From a virus (taxonomy: Duplodnaviria; Caudoviricetes), in IMG/VR virus record IMGVR_UViG_3300025466_000107, positions 1-35,007 of that record: a stretch of 35,007 nt of DNA, one strand, 5' to 3'. The notes below the pieces were generated by a model, which was not told the DNA's origin, did no database searches, and was given only the letters and a program-made list of their open reading frames with translations. The position numbers were made by a program, and so were the translations under genes. This document shows positions 19,572 through 26,582 of the stretch, one piece after another (the first letter of the stretch is position 1; the number at the start of each line of letters is the position of its first letter).

Positions 19572-19906
19572 GTGTTCTTCTCCTTCAGCTTGGCTTCAAT
19601 GCGTCTTGCGTACACATCAATCGTCTGCGTTGGCAAACCTTGCAAGCACTCTTGTATTTCCTCATCAGTCAGTCCTACCCATGTGCGTTGTGGTTGGGTG
19701 TAAACAGGAATGGTGTATTCTTCTTTTGCGCCAGCTTCCATCTCCCTAAACAAAGAAGTCTTACAAGCACCGTGTCTGTTCATCCACGCCACAGGCTCAT
19801 CTTTTGTTTCTAGTGCTTCTTTAATAATTTCAATAGCCTTGATGCGTTTGTCGTAGTCAAAATCAGTCAACGCTTCTAATGCAATTTGTAATGCTTCTTT
19901 AGTCAT
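19568..19906 (-). CDS. Small modular hypothetical protein (MTKEALQIALEAL...EPVAW...TWVGLT...IEAKLKEKNT)
   Basis: Likely start at 19906 (ATGA overlap); shared C-terminal module. Confidence 0.75.
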   Translation of the reverse strand: MTKEALQIALEALTDFDYDKRIKAIEIIKEALETKDEPVAWMNRHGACKTSLFREMEAGAKEEYTIPVYTQPQRTWVGLTDEEIQECLQGLPTQTIDVYARRIEAKLKEKNT

Positions 19907-20076
19907 TTTGCATCTTCCCAAATCCATCCCAACAATTCAGTTGTGTTTTTGATTTGTTCATCAGTAGGTTTTTGAAACATTGCAAATTTTGTTGTAGGCC
20001 CACCACTATACAAACACCAGAAACCAACTGGCTCAGGAGGTTTGTAAAAAGTAATTTTAGTTTCTGTGTTAGTCAT
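19903..20076 (-). CDS. Hypothetical protein (57 aa, MTNTETKITFYKPPEPVGFW...LLGWIW)
   Basis: Translated by hand; GGAGG SD; coupled at both ends. Confidence 0.65.
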   Translation of the reverse strand: MTNTETKITFYKPPEPVGFWCLYSGGPTTKFAMFQKPTDEQIKNTTELLGWIWEDAK

Positions 20077-20233
20077 TCTTGTCCTCCATCTCTTTCAACA
20101 TATGGTTCAACGCCATCATCTGTTTACTTTTCTCCATGCGTTGGGCATGAAGAAAATTCATTGCCTCGTTCAAGGCTTGAGTTGCCCCATACAGTTCAAT
20201 GATCTCTTCTTTAATTTCTTCTTTGGTTTTCAT
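20069..20233 (-). CDS. Hypothetical protein (54 aa, MKTKEEIKEEII...EDKND)
   Basis: Translated by hand; ATGA and ATGACTAA overlaps. Confidence 0.6.
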   Translation of the reverse strand: MKTKEEIKEEIIELYGATQALNEAMNFLHAQRMEKSKQMMALNHMLKEMEDKND

Positions 20234-20502
20234 TCTTCTACCCTTTCATATGTCATTTCAAAAATGTCAGGCTTGCATGGATAATGTTCGCCCTTCACGC
20301 CAGTAATAATCCAGTCTCCAGGAATGACGTAATGTGGCCCCTCCAATGTATCAATCATGCCCAAATCTTTACACTTAACACCTACAACATCTGCATACCA
20401 AGTTTCAGTGTTACCAGTTGTTGCAGGATAAACATCAGGATGGTCGCCATGTTTGAACCATTGCGTAGCCTCAATCACCACAGGTTTCTTTCTAAACTTC
20501 AT
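20230..20502 (-). CDS. Conserved phage protein (PGDYG-like family)
   Basis: MKFRKKPVVIEA...TLEG...PGDWIITGVKGEHYPCKPDIFEMTYE. Confidence 0.8.
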   Translation of the reverse strand: MKFRKKPVVIEATQWFKHGDHPDVYPATTGNTETWYADVVGVKCKDLGMIDTLEGPHYVIPGDWIITGVKGEHYPCKPDIFEMTYERVEE

Positions 20503-20794
20503 TCTTGCCCCTTCCATCAGGATGTTCGTTAAATTCTGTTACCGCTTGGTGATGCAACATTGGCGCATTGCGTTTTAAATAACGCATTGCTAATCTTTTC
20601 CAATGTGGTTGATTGATGCAACTTTTAAAAATAATATGGTTTGATTCTTCAACTGCTTTTTCTGATACCAGTTTGGCAAAAGTCTCAAGGTCTTCAGTAA
20701 AACCCACCCAATCATCGCCAAATTGAGCATATACACCAAGCCTTTCAAAACCTGCTTGTTTAGCCAACTCTTTAATTTTTTCTTGCGTAATCAT
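20492..20794 (-). CDS. Small modular hypothetical protein (ELAKQAG...LETFAKLV)
   Basis: Coupled ORF; shares motifs with 20791-21129. Confidence 0.7.
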   Translation of the reverse strand: MITQEKIKELAKQAGFERLGVYAQFGDDWVGFTEDLETFAKLVSEKAVEESNHIIFKSCINQPHWKRLAMRYLKRNAPMLHHQAVTEFNEHPDGRGKNEV

Positions 20795-21129
20795 TTGCTA
20801 TCTCCTCTTGCTCGAATTGCTTTAGATGTTTTCACTAATTGAGTCATTGCGCCTTGAATAAAACACTTTGCAATGTGTTCATCATCTTCAAGTTCATTTA
20901 TGGCTTCTTGGTTTTGCAACATAGTCAAGTCACATAACTTAGCACACGCCTCACGTTCTTTTTCTGCTACCAGTTTGGCAAAGGCTTCAATCTGTTCTAT
21001 CGTCACAGGTACAGTCAGGCTAACTTTATAAGGCGACCAATCTGCTTCACCTGTTGGCTCTGCCCATTGCGTATAAATACCAGACCATCCAGCCTTCTTA
21101 GCTATCTCTATGATTTCTTCTTTAGTCAT
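20791..21129 (-). CDS. Small modular hypothetical protein (MTKEEIIEIAKKAG...AFAKLVAEKEREACAK...AIRARG)
   Basis: Likely start at 21129; shared modules. Confidence 0.75.
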   Translation of the reverse strand: MTKEEIIEIAKKAGWSGIYTQWAEPTGEADWSPYKVSLTVPVTIEQIEAFAKLVAEKEREACAKLCDLTMLQNQEAINELEDDEHIAKCFIQGAMTQLVKTSKAIRARGDSK

Positions 21130-21385
21130 TCTTGTCCCTTGCTCGGATTTTGTCCGCAATGATTTCAGAGTAATTACGCTCTAACCCATCTGCGTATGAG
21201 TCAGCAATCTTTGCACACTCTTCACATTCTTTTAGTATTGCCACTTCGATTTGTAACTCTGCGTTTTTCAACATCATTTGTCTGCCGTTTTCCATCAAAT
21301 AATTTGCCAAATACAATACATCGTCTTTTTTGTATGGCATGGTTAATATTTGATCTGCAATATCAAATAGTTCTTCTTTAGTCAT
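21122..21385 (-). CDS. Small modular hypothetical protein (MTKEEL...ECEECAKI...KIRARDKND)
   Basis: Likely start at 21385; shared modules. Confidence 0.7.
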   Translation of the reverse strand: MTKEELFDIADQILTMPYKKDDVLYLANYLMENGRQMMLKNAELQIEVAILKECEECAKIADSYADGLERNYSEIIADKIRARDKND

Positions 21386-21557
21386 TTTTTCCCCTTTTAC
21401 GAATAGCGAAAGCACAACCTCCTGCCCAATTCTCATCTTCTAGCGCATATTGATCACAAATCTTTGCACACGCCTCACGTTCTAGTTCTGCTATCCATCT
21501 ACAAAGTTTTACAAAATGTTCTTGTATTAAAAAATAATCAATTTCTTCGTTAGTCAT
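21378..21557 (-). CDS. Small modular hypothetical protein (MTNEEI...EREACAKIC...AIRKRGKND)
   Basis: Likely start at 21557 with AGGAG SD. Confidence 0.7.
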   Translation of the reverse strand: MTNEEIDYFLIQEHFVKLCRWIAELEREACAKICDQYALEDENWAGGCAFAIRKRGKND

Positions 21558-21657
21558 CTTTATGCTCCTGTATAAACATCCAAGCAATTACCGCTGCCAC
21601 TATCAATGTAAACGCAGTTGCCATTAAGGCAATGATCAAGATGATTGTGTCCGTCAT
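21550..21657 (-). CDS. Small single-pass membrane peptide (35 aa)
   Basis: Translated by hand as MTDTIILIIALMATAFTLIVAAVIAWMFIQEHKDD; coupled at both ends. Confidence 0.6.
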   Translation of the reverse strand: MTDTIILIIALMATAFTLIVAAVIAWMFIQEHKDD

Positions 21658-21839
21658 GATTCACCTATCAGTTTAAACGTGGTTGTTATCTTTTCCTGAA
21701 TTGATTTTTTATCTGCGCCTTCTTTCATCTCCGCATCAATCCAACGCAGAGTTTCATACATCACCTCTGCATTGACGGCTCTTCTTAGCTTGTCTTCATC
21801 ATCAGGGTAATTAAAGGATAGTGTGGCTTGCATTCTCAT
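21654..21839 (-). CDS. Hypothetical phage protein (MRMQATLSFNYPDDEDKL...)
   Basis: ORF with GAGGGG SD and coupled stop. Confidence 0.65.
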   Translation of the reverse strand: MRMQATLSFNYPDDEDKLRRAVNAEVMYETLRWIDAEMKEGADKKSIQEKITTTFKLIGES

Positions 21840-21987
21840 TCTTCCCCCTCGATTTGGCCAGTAGCCATTTATCACCTAACATTCGGATGGCCTTGACCCA
21901 CTTGCGTTGGTTCTCCCTATTTTGATAATAGGGAATGTAGTCCACGTTGTATAACTTTCTTGCCCGTTTAAGCATTGTTATGTTCAT
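21811..21987 (-). CDS. Hypothetical phage protein (58 aa, ...NQRKWVKAIRMLGDKWLLAK...)
   Basis: Translated by hand; AAGGA SD; fills an operon gap. Confidence 0.6.
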   Translation of the reverse strand: MNITMLKRARKLYNVDYIPYYQNRENQRKWVKAIRMLGDKWLLAKSRGKNENASHTIL

Positions 21988-22195
21988 AATGTTCCTTTAA
22001 TTGTTGTGGCATTTTTTCTGTGATCCAGAAGCCATCTTTGTTTAAACTCATACCAGCAGCCAGCATTTCTTCGGTTGTCATGCATCTGCGGTCTACTCCA
22101 AACTTACCGATCCTGTGCCATATAAAAGGTTTGTTGCTGTTAAACCTTTGTTTACACGAACCGCATTGGTTTTTACTGCCCGTTAGTGGTTTCAT
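21968..22195 (-). CDS. Small zinc-binding protein (CxxC...HR...C, FDXHR-like)
   Basis: NQCGSCKQRFNS..FIWHRIG...RRC. Confidence 0.65.
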   Translation of the reverse strand: MKPLTGSKNQCGSCKQRFNSNKPFIWHRIGKFGVDRRCMTTEEMLAAGMSLNKDGFWITEKMPQQLKEHYEHNNA

Positions 22196-22481
22196 TGGTC
22201 ATCTTCTTTTTAACAAGTTCTAACTCGATAAGTTCTGCCATCGAGGTTCCCGATGGGAATCTCAACTGGGCAGCTTGCATCTCATAAATGTTGGCTATAC
22301 AAGCTTCAATGCCTGCGTTATACCCTGCGGTGAATGGATCACCTTGGGAAAACTTAGAAGACAATGCTTCTCGTATAACCTGTGCCATTGTGACTCTGTA
22401 CTTCTTTGAGTACTTCTTTAAGTCTGAGATATCTTTCGGTTCTAAATACGTCATTACCGCTTTATATTTAGAAGGTGTCAT
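22173..22481 (-). CDS. Putative ribbon-helix-helix (CopG-like) DNA-binding protein
   Basis: N-terminal VMTYLEP..ISDLKKYSKK..VTMAQVIREAL fits an RHH strand-helix-helix pattern. Confidence 0.55.
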   Translation of the reverse strand: MTPSKYKAVMTYLEPKDISDLKKYSKKYRVTMAQVIREALSSKFSQGDPFTAGYNAGIEACIANIYEMQAAQLRFPSGTSMAELIELELVKKKMTNETTNGQ

Positions 22482-22875
22482 TTCGTTTCCATTCGTTAAA
22501 TACATCCATCAGTTCGGTGAATCTTTCCTGCGCTTTCTTGTTTCCGTTGAGTTCAGTTCTTGATTCAATCCGACAGTATCGGCAGACTCCATCTGCCGCC
22601 CCCGTTTCACCATCTATATCTGTAAGATTGGTGGCCACAAGGAACTGTTGAAAAACAGGATCTCGGCAGATCATGCCTGCCGTCTTGACCATGTTGTTGT
22701 AAGGCACTGCTGACTCATCATCTGCAATGCGTTGTATAGCCACTGCATATCTTGCCCCAACAAAGTCACGCAGAATCTCTTCCGGAACCTCATCGGGGTG
22801 CATGGCAAGCGTTAAGATAAAACCTGTGCGGTCTTGCTTTAACGCTATCTTCCTTGCTTCAAAAGATAGTGCCAT
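22468..22875 (-). CDS. Conserved hypothetical phage protein in the recombination module
   Basis: 135-aa ORF coupled to the upstream gene. Confidence 0.7.
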   Translation of the reverse strand: MALSFEARKIALKQDRTGFILTLAMHPDEVPEEILRDFVGARYAVAIQRIADDESAVPYNNMVKTAGMICRDPVFQQFLVATNLTDIDGETGAADGVCRYCRIESRTELNGNKKAQERFTELMDVFNEWKRNDTF

Positions 22876-23168
22876 CAGAATGGATCTTCTTCATCTTGGG
22901 ATTGATGCTCTTGACGGATACCGCCACCCTCTTTAGGAATGAAACGATCCACGGCCAAGGACAGGTATGTCTTTCCGTTCTTGTCGGTCTTCTTCCAACC
23001 TGACAACTTAACCACGTGACATCCATCTTCAATCTTGACATTGGTCAAGTCTTTCATGTTGATATGGATAGTCCCGTAGTAGTCGGGAGACTGTGGGCCT
23101 TTCTTAAAATTGGATGGGCGAAGTGATCCGCCGTCAGGCTTTTGTTTAAACGCTGTTGTATATGTCAT
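22875..23168 (-). CDS. Putative single-stranded DNA-binding protein
   Basis: PDYYGTI...LSGWKK...YLSLAV OB-like core with an acidic DEEDPF tail; directly downstream of the annealing protein. Confidence 0.6.
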   Translation of the reverse strand: MTYTTAFKQKPDGGSLRPSNFKKGPQSPDYYGTIHINMKDLTNVKIEDGCHVVKLSGWKKTDKNGKTYLSLAVDRFIPKEGGGIRQEHQSQDEEDPF

Positions 23169-23929
23169 GACTGCTCCTTGAGTTGTTTAAATTTGAGCTT
23201 AAGCTCGGTGAAATGATCTCTAACTTTCGCATAGAGATCGGGGTGAGAACGCTTGAGATCGTCCAATTGGGTTTGGTTGTTCTTCCAGTAGTCTGATAGA
23301 TCGTTGACGCTTTGTACGTGCCAAGCCTTATTCGCATACTCAATCATGCCTTCAGCAAAGAGTTCTCGACTGGCATCATCCACGGGTGTACCCGAAACAA
23401 CCTTCTTCACTGCCTTCTGAACTATGGCCTCCACCTTCTCTTGCTGCTCTTGTTTAAACGCAACATCCGCAGCTTCCTCGGGTACATCTTCTCCTGCATA
23501 AATGTAGAGTCCTAGGCCATGCAGGCTGACTGCCTTGGTCATGCAACGCATGATCGCAGTGTTGACTGCAAATGCATCAGGGTTGGTGATGGGTTTATTC
23601 CTGTAGTCCATGACTGGCAACATACAAGTACGGGGTTGGCCAAACATGGTGACGGTGACCCATACCATGCCTGTGCCGTTTACATCCATGTATGGTTTGC
23701 CGTCAAACTGTTCCACGTGAAACACTGCGCTTGGATCAGCTTTCAAAACTTCTGCCCACGCCCACGCCCAACTCAAATACGTTAAGCCATTCTTCTTTTC
23801 GGTATGGTCATTGACATTAATCTTCAGTAGATCCAAGGGCGAGTTCGGCTTGGTACTGGTCGCACCATTCGGCAACTCCGCAGTAGTTTCCTGTGCAACG
23901 GACGGGTTCACCTTTTCTAGTTTCGACAT
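23165..23929 (-). CDS. Sak-like (DUF1071, Rad52-fold) single-strand annealing protein
   Basis: INVNDHTEKKNGLTYLSWAWAW...LPVMDYRN...VNTAIMRCMTKA...GLGLYIYAGED; start uncertain. Confidence 0.85.
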   Translation of the reverse strand: MSKLEKVNPSVAQETTAELPNGATSTKPNSPLDLLKINVNDHTEKKNGLTYLSWAWAWAEVLKADPSAVFHVEQFDGKPYMDVNGTGMVWVTVTMFGQPRTCMLPVMDYRNKPITNPDAFAVNTAIMRCMTKAVSLHGLGLYIYAGEDVPEEAADVAFKQEQQEKVEAIVQKAVKKVVSGTPVDDASRELFAEGMIEYANKAWHVQSVNDLSDYWKNNQTQLDDLKRSHPDLYAKVRDHFTELKLKFKQLKEQS

Positions 23930-24692
23930 ATCCTTTTTCCTTTTCTGCCAACTCTGTGGCTTCTTCGATTGATTTAAATAACTTGATGGCTGTTTTACGG
24001 CCTTCCCTCTTGACGGCATAGACTGTCTCTCTTTGCCATCTTTCCTCATCAGAGCAGAGCGGTAGCTCTTCTCCAAAGTCCTGAAACATCTTGGCATTGC
24101 GATGTTGTTCTAATCTGTCCCGAACGTAGGTTTCAGTCTTCACTGCATCCCACATTGGAATATCCACCATGTGAATAGGGGCTTTAGGATATCCATCCTT
24201 CTTTTCATGGCGACTGAAATCCCTAATGAAAGCGCAGATCTGTAATCCAACAACTTTACGTTTCTTTACCTTCTCAACTAACCACTTGTAGACATTCAGT
24301 TGTTGCTCCCATTCCACCTTGTCTTGCATGACTGCCCACGCAGAGGTGAACTTGTAGTCAATGATGACAATCCCCTCGGGGGTTTCTTTTTGCAAATCGA
24401 TCTGTCCGGAGATGGCTATTTCGTCCACATTGATGAAGAGCCTCTCCTCCTGTATGTACCCGTCAGTTACGCCCCTTTCCATGACCACATGCAACGCAGA
24501 ACCGAGCAATTGCCATAGGTTGTCAGCCACGTCCTGAACGACCTTCTCGTCATACTGCTCACGCAGTCTTCTGATGCGTGGAGGAGACATCAGTTCTGTT
24601 ACGCTATACTGCGATGCTCCTTTAGAGTAATATTCCGTTGTCGCTAAAGTCATTAGCGTCTCAGGAACGTTCCAATTGTTTGTAATTTTCAT
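23817..24692 (-). CDS. PD-(D/E)XK Cas4/RecB-like exonuclease
   Basis: LGSALH...EERL...ISGQIDL...IIDYK...QQLNVY; C-terminal Cys cluster RC..YC..WC; AGGAG SD. Confidence 0.85.
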   Translation of the reverse strand: MKITNNWNVPETLMTLATTEYYSKGASQYSVTELMSPPRIRRLREQYDEKVVQDVADNLWQLLGSALHVVMERGVTDGYIQEERLFINVDEIAISGQIDLQKETPEGIVIIDYKFTSAWAVMQDKVEWEQQLNVYKWLVEKVKKRKVVGLQICAFIRDFSRHEKKDGYPKAPIHMVDIPMWDAVKTETYVRDRLEQHRNAKMFQDFGEELPLCSDEERWQRETVYAVKREGRKTAIKLFKSIEEATELAEKEKGYVETRKGEPVRCTGNYCGVAEWCDQYQAELALGSTED

Positions 24693-24713
24693 TGACTCTC
24701 CTATAGGTGTTGA

Positions 24714-25160
24714 ATGGATGATTTGAATAATATCACTATCGAAAACGATTTGCAAGCACTTTCATTATATATTTTAGGTGAGCCTGCAAGTAAAGCAAAT
24801 TCACGCAGGGTGGTGCGTATTGGCAACATGTCTCGGTTGATCAAAAGCCAGAAAGCGTTGGATTATTGCGATAGGTTTAAACAGCAATGCAAGCCGCTGG
24901 CTAATCTCATGACTCGTGATGTCAGGGTGATCATGAAGATCTATTACGCTTCCCGCCGTCCGGATTTGGATGAGAGCTTGATTCTTGACCTGATGCAGGG
25001 TCTGGTCTATTTAAACGATAGACAGGTAAAAGAGCGTCACGTGTACTGGGGATTGGATAAAGAGAATCCAAGAGCCGAGATTATTGTCGAGGAGTTGCCG
25101 ACAAAAAAGCCCCGCACTAAGGCGGGGCAAAGGACAACTGCAAGTTTGCAAAGAAAATGA
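24714..25160 (+). CDS. rusA: RusA-like Holliday junction resolvase
   Basis: GEPASKANSRR...RRPDLD...DLMQG.VYLNDRQV...PRAEI; start uncertain. Confidence 0.8.
   Translation: MDDLNNITIENDLQALSLYILGEPASKANSRRVVRIGNMSRLIKSQKALDYCDRFKQQCKPLANLMTRDVRVIMKIYYASRRPDLDESLILDLMQGLVYLNDRQVKERHVYWGLDKENPRAEIIVEELPTKKPRTKAGQRTTASLQRK
24727..24755 (-). promoter_or_regulatory. Sigma70-type promoter for the leftward recombination/small-ORF operon
   Basis: Minus strand TTGCAA-17 nt-TATTAT with an extended TG. Confidence 0.6.
25103..25128 (-). terminator. Intrinsic terminator on the minus strand within the 3' end of rusA
   Basis: GCCCCGC-6 nt-GCGGGGC stem preceded by A6 on the plus strand. Confidence 0.6.
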
Positions 25161-25167
25161 AAATAAC

Positions 25168-25197
25168 TTGCAAAGGAATATTAGCACATAATAGAAT
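25168..25197 (+). promoter_or_regulatory. Putative sigma70 promoter upstream of the structured non-coding region
   Basis: TTGCAA-18 nt-TAGAAT. Confidence 0.5.
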
Positions 25198-25203
25198 GAA
25201 GGT

Positions 25204-25430
25204 ACATCAAGAAGTGTAGAGATTGGTGGGTATGAAGTCGGTCAACGGTGCGCTGAACGTCTAGAGTCTGGCCAGTAATCTAGCGATAACATCTTCATCC
25301 CGATGCTCCACGCAGGTCATGACTGCAACAGTCTCTACTCTTGTTGGTGTGCAACGGGTTAGCGCCGTTGTAAACTCCTATTTGAGTTTGGAACACAACA
25401 CACTGCTTTATGTGCCACCAACTTTTTTTT
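25204..25430 (+). ncRNA. Candidate structured non-coding RNA with two multi-stem domains (strand uncertain)
   Basis: Nested stems 25216-25225/25329-25338 and 25228-25237/25293-25301; a cloverleaf closed by GTTGGTG/CACCAAC (25343-25422); followed by T8. Confidence 0.5.
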
Positions 25431-25439
25431 AAAAGGGTA

Positions 25440-25469
25440 TTGACAAGTCTTGATACTTGTTGATACACT
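25440..25469 (+). promoter_or_regulatory. Sigma70 promoter for the replication operon leader
   Basis: TTGACA-18 nt-TACACT with an extended TG. Confidence 0.65.
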
Positions 25470-25477
25470 GCGATCAC

Positions 25478-25596
25478 TAATTGGAAGTGGAACTCCGATT
25501 AAGAGCCGTTAAATCAAACTCCGACCCCGCATGGGGTTGCGATAGCCCACAAGGTTATTGTGTTCCACCGGGGTTTGACTTAACGGCTTTTTTTTT
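25478..25596 (+). ncRNA. C4/CI-like antisense/attenuator RNA with an upstream target hairpin
   Basis: About 23-bp outer stem (25501-25523/25569-25591), two inner hairpins, unpaired GTTCCAC (25562-25568) complementary to the loop GTGGAAC (25487-25493), then a U-tract. Confidence 0.6.
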
Positions 25597-25864
25597 GTCT
25601 CCATTTTTCTATAACTCATTCACTGGTCGGTTAACAGTAGCGGTGAATGTTTAAACCCCCTACTATGGGAAAGACAAGGAAGCAGGGGTACGGGTGGCGA
25701 AGTTAGCGCCCTATTGTCGAACGGCTGACGAGTCACGTGGCTCCGGAGAGCATGGTGTAAAGGGCTTAGGATAGGCTAAGTCCGTCCACCAAAGAGCATC
25801 CCCTTGGGGATGCAATGACGGCAAGTAAAGGTATGACGGCTAAGACAGGGGGTTATCACTAACC

Positions 25865-26341
25865 ATGCGTGTTGTATTAACAAAGGAAGAGTTATTCATC
25901 TGCCGAACCCTCGGGGTCATGAGGAGATCTGCGGCGATGGGGAATGTTGTAGATCAACAGATGGGTAACCAAGAGACTTGGGCTATTGATATTGATGGAA
26001 TGATAGGTGAATACTGTGTGGCTAAGTATTTGAACCTATGCCCCGATCTGACGGTCGGGGTAAGATCAGGAGGGGCAGATCTCATGACCCACAAGGGAAT
26101 GAGTATGGATGTTAAAACTACTCGGCACAAAAACGGTAGGCTTTTAGCAACACTAAAGAAGATAGAAGATCCTTGTGATATTTACGTTCTTGCCATCGTT
26201 GATGACACGGGCGCAGATATTATTGGATGGGCAAGGAAGAATGATCTCTTCCAAGATAAAAACAAAGTGGATTTAGGGTTTGGTGAAGGCTATGCCCTCG
26301 AACAAAATCAATTAAAGGAATTCAAAAATGGCAACTCGTAA
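25865..26341 (+). CDS. Hypothetical protein, possibly restriction-endonuclease fold
   Basis: 158 aa; GE..VAKYL...GADL...MDVKTT resembles PD-(D/E)XK spacing. Confidence 0.55.
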   Translation: MRVVLTKEELFICRTLGVMRRSAAMGNVVDQQMGNQETWAIDIDGMIGEYCVAKYLNLCPDLTVGVRSGGADLMTHKGMSMDVKTTRHKNGRLLATLKKIEDPCDIYVLAIVDDTGADIIGWARKNDLFQDKNKVDLGFGEGYALEQNQLKEFKNGNS

Positions 26342-26582
26342 TTACAAACAAGAATATGAAAGATATGACGGCACTCCAGAGGTTAAAAAGAAAAGGGCAG
26401 AGAGAAACAAAGCACGGGCAATGTTAGAAAAAGCAGGCGTGGTTCACAAAGGCGATGGTAAAGACGTTGACCACAAACGACCCCTCAGCAAAGGGGGAAC
26501 TACGGTCATGGGGAATCTTCAGGCAAAACCTGCCAGCCAGAATCGCTCGTTTAAACGGAAATCTGATGGCAGCATGAAATGA
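26328..26582 (+). CDS. Small HNH endonuclease
   Basis: RNYKQEY...RAERNKAR...GDGKDVDHKRPLSKGG..NL...NRS. Confidence 0.8.
   Translation: MATRNYKQEYERYDGTPEVKKKRAERNKARAMLEKAGVVHKGDGKDVDHKRPLSKGGTTVMGNLQAKPASQNRSFKRKSDGSMK

Noticed and set aside
18367-21557. Diversity-generating retroelement or integron behind the repeated small genes
   Set aside because: No reverse transcriptase or tyrosine recombinase, differences are not adenine-specific, and no attC-like hairpins were seen
18271-21670. Absence of exact GTTTAAAC in the small-gene array as proof of recent acquisition
   Set aside because: Similar gaps occur at 6040-9750 and 1-2742, and variant sites are present at 18541 and 19698; not distinguishable from chance by eye
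23817-24692. Cas4 as evidence of a CRISPR system
   Set aside because: It lies in a standard exonuclease-Sak-SSB recombination module
25343-25422. tRNA gene
   Set aside because: Cloverleaf-like, but it lacks a GTTCRA T-loop and canonical D and anticodon arm geometry on either strand
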